This document shows positions 33,327-41,870 of a stretch of 64,000 nt of DNA, in pieces. Each line of letters starts with the position of its first letter. The stretch's first letter is position 1. Position numbers and translations under genes: made by a program. The stretch comes from Candidatus Dormiibacterota bacterium (GTDB lineage Bacteria; Chloroflexota; Dormibacteria; Aeolococcales; Aeolococcaceae). The stretch covers positions 1,553,817-1,617,816 of the forward strand of contig CAWBSL010000001.1 of NCBI GenBank assembly GCA_963791435.1, in the 5' to 3' direction. The notes below the pieces were generated by a model. The model did no database searches and was not told the origin of the DNA. It was given only the letters and a program-made list of their open reading frames with translations.

Positions 33327-34439
33327 TCACTGGTCGAAGTCGAGGACGACCGTCGGCGTGGTGGGATGCGACTGGCAGGCAAGCACGAAGCCCGCGTCGA
33401 TCTCTCGCTGTTCCAGTGCGAAATGCTGGTCCATCTCGACACTACCGCTCACCAGCTTCGCACGACACGTTCCGCATACGCCGCCCTTGCACGCGTAGGG
33501 CGCATCGGCGCGCACGCGCAACGCGGCGTCGAGGATCCGCTCCCCATCCGGTTCGACAGGAAACGTCGAGCTGCGGCCGTCGAGAATGATCGTCACCTCG
33601 GCCGCTCCTGGAGCGGTGCCTGATGACGCCGCGGCATCGCGGACCGGGCGCGGCGCATCGTCCGCATGGAAGAGCTCGGCGTGCAGATGCTCCTCCGCAA
33701 CACCGCGCTCGAGGAGCACTGCTCGCGCAGCATCAATCATGTCGCGCGGTCCGCAGAGAAACCACTCGTCGACACCGTCGGTCCGCACCAGCTGATCGAG
33801 GAACGCGGTGAGCCTGGGCGCGTCGATGTGTCCGTGGAAAAGCGGCACCTCCTGCTCCTCGCGCGAGAGGACGTGATAGAGGGCAAACCGCTCCGGATGC
33901 TCGTTCTTCAGGTCCTCGAGCTCCTCGAGAAACATGATGTCCTTGACGGTCCGGTTCCCGTAGATGAGCGTCACCGAGCTGAGTGGCTCGACGGCGAGGA
34001 TGGTGCTGAGAATCGACAGGATCGGTGTGATGCCACTCCCCGCCGCGATCATCACGTAGGACGTTGCGCGGCTCGGATCGAGCGGTGTATTGAAGTGGCC
34101 GATCGGCGTCACGACCTCCATCGTTTCGCCGGGCTTGAGCTGCTCGAACGCGTACGCGGAGAAGACTCCGCCGGGCAGGCGCTTCACGGCCACGCGCAAC
34201 CGCCCGGAGCCTGCGGCGCTGCAGATCGAGTAGCTCCGGCGCACGTCGTCCCCGGTCGCCTCGCAGCGCAGCGACACGTGCTGTCCGTGGGTGAACGAAT
34301 ATTCAACGGCCAGCTCCGGTGGAATGTCGAACTCGATCACCACCGAGTCGTCGGTCAGCGGTTCCACGCCCTTGACGCGCAGGGGGTGGATCGTCGCGCG
34401 CCGATGTCCAACAGTTGCTTCGGCAACCGGCGGCGTCAC
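33327..34439 (-). CDS. paaE: 1,2-phenylacetyl-CoA epoxidase reductase subunit (FNR-like + 2Fe-2S ferredoxin)
   Basis: RSYSICS FAD-binding motif, MIAAGSGITP NAD motif, and C-terminal CKGGVCGTCRAKL...LACQ plant-type ferredoxin. GAGGG RBS then GTG at 34439. Confidence 0.88.
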   Translation of the reverse strand: MTPPVAEATVGHRRATIHPLRVKGVEPLTDDSVVIEFDIPPELAVEYSFTHGQHVSLRCEATGDDVRRSYSICSAAGSGRLRVAVKRLPGGVFSAYAFEQLKPGETMEVVTPIGHFNTPLDPSRATSYVMIAAGSGITPILSILSTILAVEPLSSVTLIYGNRTVKDIMFLEELEDLKNEHPERFALYHVLSREEQEVPLFHGHIDAPRLTAFLDQLVRTDGVDEWFLCGPRDMIDAARAVLLERGVAEEHLHAELFHADDAPRPVRDAAASSGTAPGAAEVTIILDGRSSTFPVEPDGERILDAALRVRADAPYACKGGVCGTCRAKLVSGSVEMDQHFALEQREIDAGFVLACQSHPTTPTVVLDFDQ

Positions 34440-34449
34440 CGTCAAACCC

Positions 34450-34929
34450 TCAGTGCTCCTTGAAGTGCGGGAACGTCTCGCCGCACGCGTGGCACGTGCG
34501 CATCGCCTGGCACTGGGTGGAGCCGAAGCGGGCCACCTCGTGCGTCCGCGACGAGTTGCACTGCGGGCATTCAATGGCGACTTTCAGCACCTGCACGTCG
34601 AATACCTGCTGACGCGGGGGTGCGATGCCGTACTCCCGGAGCTTGACGCGGCCTTCCTCCGACATCCACTCGGTCGTCCATGCCGGCGAGAGCACCACAC
34701 GCACGGTGACGTCGTCGTATCCCTGGTCCCGTATGCAACGCTCCACGTCCTCACGGATGGTGTCAAGCGCGGGACAGCCGGAGTATGTCGGCGTGATGTC
34801 GATCTCGACACGGCCGGCGCTGTCGACGCGAACGTCACGCAGGATGCCGAGGTCGGCGATGGTGAGCGCGGGCATCTCCGGGTCCGGGATCGCACCGGCA
34901 GTGCGACGGATCTCGTCGACCGGGGTCAC
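34450..34929 (-). CDS. paaD: 1,2-phenylacetyl-CoA epoxidase subunit D
   Basis: GTGA overlap with the paaC stop. ...ITPTYSGCPAL... plus C-terminal CPQC...CHACGE zinc ribbon. Confidence 0.85.
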   Translation of the reverse strand: MTPVDEIRRTAGAIPDPEMPALTIADLGILRDVRVDSAGRVEIDITPTYSGCPALDTIREDVERCIRDQGYDDVTVRVVLSPAWTTEWMSEEGRVKLREYGIAPPRQQVFDVQVLKVAIECPQCNSSRTHEVARFGSTQCQAMRTCHACGETFPHFKEH

Positions 34930-35690
34930 CAGACAGCCCCGGGAAATGACCGATGGAGGTGCTGCATCTCCGCAACCATGTACCCAAACGGCTCGGTGTG
35001 CAGTCCTCGCCTCCCGCCGGTGGGTCGCCAGGTGCTCTCCGGCACCACCAGCGTTGCGTCGGCCAGCACGCGGTGGACGTACCCGTCCCACTCGGGACGG
35101 AAGGACTGCGGATCGGGCCCGTAGCCAGTGGCAGCCGCGTCGCGCGACACATCGTCGCTCTCGAAGAGCTCGAAGGTGAACGGCCAGAGGTCGGCGAGCG
35201 CTCGCTCCATGCGCGCGTGACTCTCGTCAGTGCCGTCTCCAAGCCGAAGAGTCCAGTCGGTTGCATGATCGCGGTGATACGACGCCTCCTTCACGGACCG
35301 AGCCGCGATCGCCGCGACCTGTGCGTCGGTCGAATGCGTGAGCGCCTCCCACTGCGCGAGCTGGAACGTCGAGCAGAGGAGCTGCCGGACCATCGTCCGC
35401 GCAAAGTCGCCGTTCTCCTGCTCGACGAGCAGGCAATTGACGAACTCGCGCTCGTCACGCATGAACGCGTAGTCGTCCTCGGAGCGACCGGTCCCATCGA
35501 GCTCCGCGCAGCGCTCATACAGCGCGCGTGCCTGGCCGAGCAGGTCCAGGGCGATGTTCGTCAGCGCGATGTCGTCCTCCAGCGCCGGCGCCCGTGAGGA
35601 CCACTGTGCGAGACGGTGCGAGAGCACCAGGCAATCGTCCGCGATGCGCAGCGTGGAGACGGCCGCCGCGCCGGCGACCACGAGGGTCAC
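34926..35690 (-). CDS. paaC: 1,2-phenylacetyl-CoA epoxidase subunit C
   Basis: Ferritin-like fold with LRIADDCLVLSHRLAQW....ALTNIALDLLGQAR. ATGA overlap with the paaB stop. Confidence 0.85.
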   Translation of the reverse strand: MTLVVAGAAAVSTLRIADDCLVLSHRLAQWSSRAPALEDDIALTNIALDLLGQARALYERCAELDGTGRSEDDYAFMRDEREFVNCLLVEQENGDFARTMVRQLLCSTFQLAQWEALTHSTDAQVAAIAARSVKEASYHRDHATDWTLRLGDGTDESHARMERALADLWPFTFELFESDDVSRDAAATGYGPDPQSFRPEWDGYVHRVLADATLVVPESTWRPTGGRRGLHTEPFGYMVAEMQHLHRSFPGAVW

Positions 35691-35977
35691 AGCTGCTGCA
35701 CTTCCTTCGGTATGGAGTAGAAGGTGGGGTGCCGGTAGGGCTTGTCCGCCGCTGGTTCGAAGAACGAGTCCTTCTCGTCCGGGGAGCTCGCCGTGATCAG
35801 CGCCGACGGAACGACCCAGATGCTCACGCCCTCGAGCCGCCGCGTGTACACGTCACGCGCGTTGCGCAGCGCCATCTCCGCGTCGGGCGCATGCAGGCTG
35901 CCCACGTGGTTGTGGGAGAGGCCTCGCTTGCTGCGGATGAAGACCTCCCACAGTGGCGCCGGCGTTTCCTCGCTCAT
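35687..35977 (-). CDS. paaB: 1,2-phenylacetyl-CoA epoxidase subunit B
   Basis: [38 protein letters not shown] is the PaaB signature. 96 aa. Confidence 0.88.
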   Translation of the reverse strand: MSEETPAPLWEVFIRSKRGLSHNHVGSLHAPDAEMALRNARDVYTRRLEGVSIWVVPSALITASSPDEKDSFFEPAADKPYRHPTFYSIPKEVQQL

Positions 35978-36954
35978 GCCGCAGCGCTGGACGTCGCGTG
36001 CTTCGCAGCATACGCAGCCGCGGCCGCGCGCACCCACGCACCCTCCTCTTGCGCTTTGCGGTGATGCTCGGCGCGCTGGCGGTTGCACGGTCCATCGCCG
36101 CCGACGACGCGACGCAACTCCTCGAAATCGGGTTCGCCGAAGTCGTAGTGTCCGCGCTCCTGATTCCAGCGAAGGTCGAGGTCGGGGGGAACAAGACCGA
36201 GCACCACCGCCTGCGGCGCGACCATGTCGACGAATCGCTGCCGCAGCTCATCGTTCGAGAAGCGCTTGATGCCCCACGCCATCGATTGCGCGCTGTGCGT
36301 CGACTCGGTGTCGGGCGGGCCGAGCATCTCGATGGACGGCCACCACCAGCGGTTGACCGCGTCCTGCGCCATCGCGTGCTGCTCGGGCGTCCCATGCGAC
36401 AGGGCGTACAGCGACTCGAATCCCTGGCGCTGATGGAAGGACTCCTCCTTGCAGACGCGCACCATCGCCCGCGCGTACGGGCCGAATGAGCAGCGACAGA
36501 GGGGGATCTGGTTGGTGATCGCCGCACCGTCGACCAGCCAGCCGATCGCTCCCACGTCGGCCCAGGTGAGCGTCGGGTAGTTGAAGATGCTCGAGTACTT
36601 CTGCCGTCCCTGGTCGAGGAGGTCGATGAGCTCGGCGCGGTCCACGCCGAGGGTCTCGGCCGCGCAGTAGAGGTAGAGGCCGTGCCCCGCCTCGTCCTGC
36701 ACCTTGGCCATGAGGATCGCCTTGCGCCGCAGCGACGGGGCCCGGGTGATCCAGTTGCCCTCGGGTTGCATGCCGATGATCTCCGAGTGGGCGTGCTGCG
36801 CAATCTGGCGGATCAACGACTTCCTGTAGCCGTCAGGCATCCAGTCGCGCGGCTCGATGCGCTGGTCCGACTCGATCAGCGCCTGGAATTCGGCTTCCCG
36901 AACGCCGTCGCCGGCCGTCGCAACCCCCTCGTCGATCTGGCCCCGTGAACTCAT
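35974..36954 (-). CDS. paaA: 1,2-phenylacetyl-CoA epoxidase catalytic subunit A
   Basis: Nearly colinear with E. coli PaaA ([53 protein letters not shown]...). Confidence 0.92.
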   Translation of the reverse strand: MSSRGQIDEGVATAGDGVREAEFQALIESDQRIEPRDWMPDGYRKSLIRQIAQHAHSEIIGMQPEGNWITRAPSLRRKAILMAKVQDEAGHGLYLYCAAETLGVDRAELIDLLDQGRQKYSSIFNYPTLTWADVGAIGWLVDGAAITNQIPLCRCSFGPYARAMVRVCKEESFHQRQGFESLYALSHGTPEQHAMAQDAVNRWWWPSIEMLGPPDTESTHSAQSMAWGIKRFSNDELRQRFVDMVAPQAVVLGLVPPDLDLRWNQERGHYDFGEPDFEELRRVVGGDGPCNRQRAEHHRKAQEEGAWVRAAAAAYAAKHATSSAAA

Positions 36955-36973
36955 GCTCCTACAATAGAACCAC

Positions 36974-38074
36974 ATGGTTCAGGTAGCCGAGGTAGCCGTG
37001 CCCGTGCTCGAGGGCACCGACCACGTCGAGTTGTGGGTGGGGAATGCGCGCCAGGCCGCGTACCACTACCGCAAGGCCTTCGGATTCGACGTCATCGCGT
37101 ACGCCGGGCCGGAGACGGGCATCCGCGACCGGGCCAGCTACGTCCTCCAGCAGGGCAAGGTCCGCCTCGTGCTCACGGCGCCGCTGCAACCCGAGGGCGA
37201 CATCGCCGATCACCTGAGGCTTCACGGTGATGGCGTCCGCACGATCGCGCTCCGCGTCGCCGATGCCACCGCCGCATATGAGGCCGCCACCGCCCGTGGC
37301 GCGCGCAGCGTCGCCGAGCCGAGCAGGGCGGAGGACGAACACGGTGTCGTGACCTCGGCATCGATCGCCACGTTCGGGGACACCGTGCACACCTTCGTCG
37401 AGCGCGATGAGTATTCCGGTGTCTTCTGGCCGGGGTACCGCGCCGACAACCGCAGCGGCGGCGGTGTGGGGCTTCGCTTCATCGATCACACGGTGGGCAA
37501 CGTCGACACCGGCAAGATGGACGACTGGATCTCGTTCTATTCCGAGGTGTTCGGGTTCACCGTCTTCCAGGAATTCGACGAGAAGGACATCGCCACGCAG
37601 TACAGCGCGCTCCGCTCGAAGGTCGCGCGCGACCCGCGGACGCAGATCACGATGCCCATCAACGAGCCGCACGTCGGCCTCAAGAAGTCGCAGATCCAGG
37701 AATACCTCGACTACTACCGAGGCAGCGGCATTCAGCACATCGCGGTGCACACGGACGACATCGTCAGCACCGTCTCGGACATGCGCGATCGCGGGGTCGA
37801 ATTCCTCACCGCCCCGGGCGCCTACTACGACGCGCTGGGCGATCGCGCCGCCGGCATCAGCGAGGACCTCGACCGCCTGCGCTCCCTGAACATCCTCATC
37901 GACCGCGATGACGACGGCTACCTGCTGCAGATCTTCACGCGCCCAGTCGGGGACCGACCGACGCTCTTCTTCGAAGTGATCCAGCGCAAGGGCTGCAAAG
38001 GATTCGGCAAAGGAAATTTCAAAGCCCTGTTCGAGAGCATCGAGCGCGAGCAAGCTGAACGGGGCAACCTCTAG
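36974..38074 (+). CDS. hppD: 4-hydroxyphenylpyruvate dioxygenase
   Basis: Colinear with Streptomyces HppD, including C-terminal [46 protein letters not shown]. Divergent from paaA, with only ~19 bp between the chosen starts. Confidence 0.9.
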   Translation: MVQVAEVAVPVLEGTDHVELWVGNARQAAYHYRKAFGFDVIAYAGPETGIRDRASYVLQQGKVRLVLTAPLQPEGDIADHLRLHGDGVRTIALRVADATAAYEAATARGARSVAEPSRAEDEHGVVTSASIATFGDTVHTFVERDEYSGVFWPGYRADNRSGGGVGLRFIDHTVGNVDTGKMDDWISFYSEVFGFTVFQEFDEKDIATQYSALRSKVARDPRTQITMPINEPHVGLKKSQIQEYLDYYRGSGIQHIAVHTDDIVSTVSDMRDRGVEFLTAPGAYYDALGDRAAGISEDLDRLRSLNILIDRDDDGYLLQIFTRPVGDRPTLFFEVIQRKGCKGFGKGNFKALFESIEREQAERGNL

Positions 38075-38115
38075 TCACTGATGTTCGCCGTCGAAGGTCG
38101 GCACAGAGGGTGTAA

Positions 38116-38234
38116 GGCGAGAGGGGACGGGCGGAACCCAGCGAATTTGGCCGCTCCCGAACGAGTGCGACAATCGGCTTGCGCGAGCGAGGGAGCGGAC
38201 AAGCTGAGCATGGTGCCGCCCGTCCCCTCTCGCC
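38116..38234. repeat. palindromic REP/MITE-like element, copy A (19-bp perfect terminal inverted repeat ggcgagaggggacgggcgg / ccgcccgtcccctctcgcc, inner IR ccgctccc/gggagcgg, core gcgacaatcggcttgcgcg)
   Basis: Seen directly in the sequence, lying between the convergent 3' ends of hppD and the Mop gene. Homologous core to copy B at 61509-61623. Confidence 0.7.
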
Positions 38235-38259
38235 GGCGGCGCTGACGCTCCGGAGACCT

Positions 38260-38456
38260 CTACTCGACGGCGAGCATCACGTCGGACGCCTTCACGATCA
38301 CGATCACGTCGCTGCCGGGCTTGATGCCGAGCTCGTCCACGGCGTCCACGGTGATCGCGGCTGTCATTGACATGCCGTTCACCACGACCGACACGTTGGC
38401 CGTGGCGGCACCGCGCGTGATCTGTCCACCCGACCGGGGAGCTTGTTGCGCGCGCT
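38260..38456 (-). pseudogene. TOBE/Mop (molybdopterin-binding) single-domain protein, interrupted by 1-nt deletion-type frameshift near 38407-38420
   Basis: GGGGAAGG RBS, then the ATG at 38456 gives MKISARNKLPGRVD. It shifts into the frame giving QITRGAATANVSVVVNGMSMTAAITVDAVDELGIKPGSDVIVIVKASDVMLAVE. Restoring one C (gtggacCagatc) gives a canonical 68-aa Mop protein. Confidence 0.65.
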
Positions 38457-38474
38457 GATTTTCATTGCCTTCCC

Positions 38475-38486
38475 CCGTGATCTGGC
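38475..38486. promoter_or_regulatory. perfect 12-bp palindrome ggcgatatcgcc upstream of Mop gene / divergent from small ORF
   Basis: Seen in the sequence. Position is consistent with an operator. Confidence 0.25.
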
Positions 38487-38618
38487 GATATCGCCCCAAC
38501 TCTAGCCCACGTCAAGAAGATGTGGCCGCGCAGGATCGAACGCGTCGAACGGAGCAACCGATGTGCGATGATGTTCGGGCGGCGTGCTGCTTCGGCATGG
38601 CGGAAGGGGGTTTGGTAC

Positions 38619-38834
38619 ATGGACAGTGGAGAAGACGCGTGGACGCACGTCTTGCGATTGATGCGTGAGCTCGAGGCGCTGCTGCTTGTCATCAAGGAGG
38701 CTGCGATCCCGGTGCTCACCGGCGGATCACCGGATGAGGCCTGGAGGACGCGCCGCTTCCTGAGGCTGGCGGACCGGATGGTCGAGGACATGCACGGGCT
38801 TCAGTTCGGTTCGGAGGAGCCGAACGGGGGCTGA
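38619..38834 (+). CDS. small hypothetical protein (71 aa)
   Basis: GAAGGGGG RBS 9 nt upstream of the ATG. Strong GC3 bias. No recognised motif. Confidence 0.35.
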   Translation: MDSGEDAWTHVLRLMRELEALLLVIKEAAIPVLTGGSPDEAWRTRRFLRLADRMVEDMHGLQFGSEEPNGG

Positions 38835-38846
38835 GTCAGCCCCGGA

Positions 38847-39260
38847 TCAGAGCGGCGGCCAGATGTCCGGCGAGGGCTCCATCCGCACCTTGTCCGCCCA
38901 GTCGTCGCGAGGCGGGGAGAAGCTCTCGACGATGGTGCAGCCGGCGGTGCCGGCGCGCTCGACCTTGTGCGGCACGCCGGGAGGAATCACCCACATGTCG
39001 CCAGGCTTGCGCACGCGCGTCTCGCCGCCGACGGTGAAGGTGAACTCGCCTCGCAGCACGATGCCGACCTGCTCGTTTGGGTGCTGATGCTCGGGCATCA
39101 CGGTTCCGGGGTCGAGCTCGAAGACTGCCAGTGTGATGCGCTCGCCGCTGACCGCTCGTACCCGCAGTCCTTCCATGAGAGCGAGTGGTACGAGCTCGCT
39201 GACGGTGGCGAACTCGTGGTCGGCGGAACCTTCAGATGCCGTCATTGACGGCGAAACCAT
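38847..39260 (-). CDS. cupin-domain protein
   Basis: G.V.PEHQHP.EQVGIVL.G...F.VGGE......GDMWVIPPGVPH is the conserved-barrel cupin motif pair. Start taken at the ATG at 39260 or 39245. Confidence 0.6.
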   Translation of the reverse strand: MVSPSMTASEGSADHEFATVSELVPLALMEGLRVRAVSGERITLAVFELDPGTVMPEHQHPNEQVGIVLRGEFTFTVGGETRVRKPGDMWVIPPGVPHKVERAGTAGCTIVESFSPPRDDWADKVRMEPSPDIWPPL

Positions 39261-39267
39261 ACCCAAT

Positions 39268-39678
39268 TCACTGCTGCGGCCCCTCGACATTGACGACCGA
39301 TTCACCGTCACCTGAACGAGTGACCACGAGCATCGCGACTGCGTCGGTCGTGTTGCCCTCGCGATGGATGGTGTGCGGCGGGACGTAGACGAAGTCACCC
39401 GGCTGTGCGTCGAAGACGTCGTGTCCGTTGACCCCGGACTCCATGCGGAGCGAGCCACTTGCCACGTAGATCACGGATTCGTGTGCGCCGTGATGGTGCC
39501 AACCGGAGACGGCGCCCGGCGCGGTATGTACCACGCCGGACCAGACCTTCTCGGTGGCGACTGCCTCCCTGCGGCCCATTCCCGGGGTGGACGGCCCCGG
39601 CGCGAACTCGTCAGGGGTGATTCTCCGGACGCCACCTGCAGACCCCGCAGCCGGTCCCCGATCCTCCGGGGGCATCAC
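39268..39678 (-). CDS. cupin-domain protein
   Basis: WHHHGAHESVIYVASGSL......GDFVYVPPHTIH cupin motifs. ATGA overlap with the upstream dehydrogenase stop. Confidence 0.65.
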   Translation of the reverse strand: MMPPEDRGPAAGSAGGVRRITPDEFAPGPSTPGMGRREAVATEKVWSGVVHTAPGAVSGWHHHGAHESVIYVASGSLRMESGVNGHDVFDAQPGDFVYVPPHTIHREGNTTDAVAMLVVTRSGDGESVVNVEGPQQ

Positions 39679-40643
39679 AACTCCGAGGGCGCGTAGCCGA
39701 GGTGTTTGTCGATGACGTTCAGCAGCGGCTCACCGCGCTGGAACCTCTCGAGATTGCTCAGGAACAGCTGCGCGATGTCCTCCTGCCAGGTGGGGTGATC
39801 CCCTGACATATGTGGCGAGACGATCAGGTTCGGCAGATCCCACAGCGGCGAATCCTTGGGGAGGGGCTCCGGGGTCATGACGTCGAGCGCGGCGCCGGCA
39901 AGGCGGCCCTCGCGCAGCGCCGCGGCAAGCGCGTCCTGGTCAAGGGTCACACCGCGGCCCACATTGATCAGACGAGCGGTCGGCTTGAGCGCGCTCAATG
40001 CCGTCGCGTCGATCATGCCGGCCGTCTCCGGTGTGCTGGGGAGGATCATCACGACGTAGTCCGCGTTCTCGAAGAACGACGGCACGTCGCCGGGACCCCC
40101 GATGTCGCCAAAATCGGGGTCGCCGTCGCGGGCGCTCCGGCCGATGCCGCGAACCGACATGCCCAGCGCCTTCGCCAGTTGGGCCGTTCTCCGCGCGATC
40201 GGTCCGACGCCCAAAAGGACCACCGACTTTCCTGAGACCGTGTCGCTCAGTCGTGACACCCACTCGTGCTCGGTCTGATACCGGAAGGTCGTCTGCAGGT
40301 CCTTGCTGAGCGCGAGCATCAGCGCGATGGTGTATTCGGCGAGCGCCTGGTCGAAGATGTGCCGCGCGTTGGTGAGCGTGACGTCACTCGCGACGAGCTC
40401 CGGAAACAGCATGCGATCCACGCCGGCGCTGCCCACCTGGATCCACCGGAGCCGGGTGAATTCGCTCCAGTGCCTTCGAATGTACCCGCCGCGGACATTC
40501 CAGATGAGAAGCGCGTCGGCGCCGGCGGCCTCATGCGAGGGCGGCGACGCGGGATCGATGAAAACGTACTCCACACCCGCTCTCGGCTCGAGCACGCCAT
40601 TACTCGGGGTGTTGCCGTCGATGACGCCGATCACGAGGCTCAT
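39675..40643 (-). CDS. D-isomer-specific 2-hydroxyacid dehydrogenase (glycerate dehydrogenase/hydroxypyruvate reductase-like)
   Basis: VVLLGVGPIARRTAQLAKALGM NAD-binding motif, INVGRG, PEPLP and SPHMSG catalytic region. The 596-aa ORF's N-terminal extension overlaps the next gene and is rejected. Confidence 0.85.
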   Translation of the reverse strand: MSLVIGVIDGNTPSNGVLEPRAGVEYVFIDPASPPSHEAAGADALLIWNVRGGYIRRHWSEFTRLRWIQVGSAGVDRMLFPELVASDVTLTNARHIFDQALAEYTIALMLALSKDLQTTFRYQTEHEWVSRLSDTVSGKSVVLLGVGPIARRTAQLAKALGMSVRGIGRSARDGDPDFGDIGGPGDVPSFFENADYVVMILPSTPETAGMIDATALSALKPTARLINVGRGVTLDQDALAAALREGRLAGAALDVMTPEPLPKDSPLWDLPNLIVSPHMSGDHPTWQEDIAQLFLSNLERFQRGEPLLNVIDKHLGYAPSEL

Positions 40644-40731
40644 GCATCGCTCGCGGCGTGCTCGAATCGCTCGATGGCACGCCTGCAGCCGGTGAGGTCC
40701 CGGGCTCCTGGCACGCTCATACTGTGCCACG

Positions 40732-41826
40732 TTGATCACACGTGAGATCCAGGTGACCCCGGACCAGCGAGCGGCGCTCGATGCCGCGCGCCGAGAGTTC
40801 TCCGCCGACGTCATCTTTCTCAACTCAGCAACGATGGGACTGCCGCCGCGGCGCACCATCAAAGCGCTGCAGGACTCGATGACCGAGTGGGCCTCCGGAA
40901 GAGGGGACGGCCCCGCATACGACATCCCGGTCGCGACAGCGCGGGAGCTGTACGCCGGCCTCGTCGGCTGCGACCCTGGAATGGTCTCGGTCGGCAGCCA
41001 GGTGTCGGTCTTCGCGGGCCTCATTGCCGCATCGCTGCCGCCAGGGAGTGAGGTCCTCACTGCCACGGGGGATTTCACGAGCATCCTGTTTCCGTTCCAT
41101 GCCCAGGCGGCTCGTGGGATCACGGTGCGCGAGGCGCCGCTCGAGCACATCGCCGATGCCGTCACGTCGCAGACGACGCTTGTCTCGGTGTCCGCGGTGC
41201 AGTCCGCCGACGGACGCATCGCGGATCTCGATGCGTTGACGGCTGCGTGTGCGGCAAAGGGGACTCGGATCCTGCTCGATACCACGCAGGCGGTCGGCTG
41301 GCTCCCAATTGATGCACGCCGGTTCGCGTACACCGTGAGCGGCGGATACAAATGGCAGCTTTCACCCCGCGGCACCGCGTTTCTCACCATCCAGCGTGAG
41401 CTGCTCGACGAGCTGACGCCGAACAACGCGGGCTGGTATGCCGGTGCCGAACGCTGGAGCAGCATCTACGGCGCGCCGCTGCGCCTCGCTGCTGATGCGC
41501 GCCGCTTCGACGTCTCGCCCGCGTGGCTTCCCTGGGTTGGTGCGGTGCCGTCGCTCGAGCTTCTCACCGACGTCGGCCGCGACGCATTGCACGCGCACGC
41601 CGTCGGCCTCGCACACCGATTCTGTGCCGGCGTCGATCTGCCGTACCACGGTTCCGCGATCGTCTCGGCCGTTGCAGACGCCGAGGTCCCCGCGCTGATG
41701 CGATCGGCCGGCATCGTCGGGGTCACCAGAGCCGGGAGGCTCCGTCTGTCATTTCATGTCTCAACGAGCCAGGAGGACGTCGACCGCACGGTCGAGGTGC
41801 TCTCCGGTCACCTGCGCTCGTCGTAG
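40732..41826 (+). CDS. class V (PLP fold type I) aminotransferase
   Basis: ...VIFLNSATMG..., SGGYKWQLSPRGTAFL (PLP-lysine region). 364 aa. Alternative GTG start at 40753. Confidence 0.8.
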   Translation: MITREIQVTPDQRAALDAARREFSADVIFLNSATMGLPPRRTIKALQDSMTEWASGRGDGPAYDIPVATARELYAGLVGCDPGMVSVGSQVSVFAGLIAASLPPGSEVLTATGDFTSILFPFHAQAARGITVREAPLEHIADAVTSQTTLVSVSAVQSADGRIADLDALTAACAAKGTRILLDTTQAVGWLPIDARRFAYTVSGGYKWQLSPRGTAFLTIQRELLDELTPNNAGWYAGAERWSSIYGAPLRLAADARRFDVSPAWLPWVGAVPSLELLTDVGRDALHAHAVGLAHRFCAGVDLPYHGSAIVSAVADAEVPALMRSAGIVGVTRAGRLRLSFHVSTSQEDVDRTVEVLSGHLRSS

Positions 41827-41870
41827 CGACGCGCGGTGCCCAACTCGCATCCATCAGAGGAGAGGACGCC

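Noticed and set aside
39675-41465. 596-aa version of the 2-hydroxyacid dehydrogenase
   Set aside because: The N-terminal 273 codons have no similarity to anything and lie antisense over the class V aminotransferase gene. The conserved protein begins at the ATG at 40643 (MSLVIGV...).
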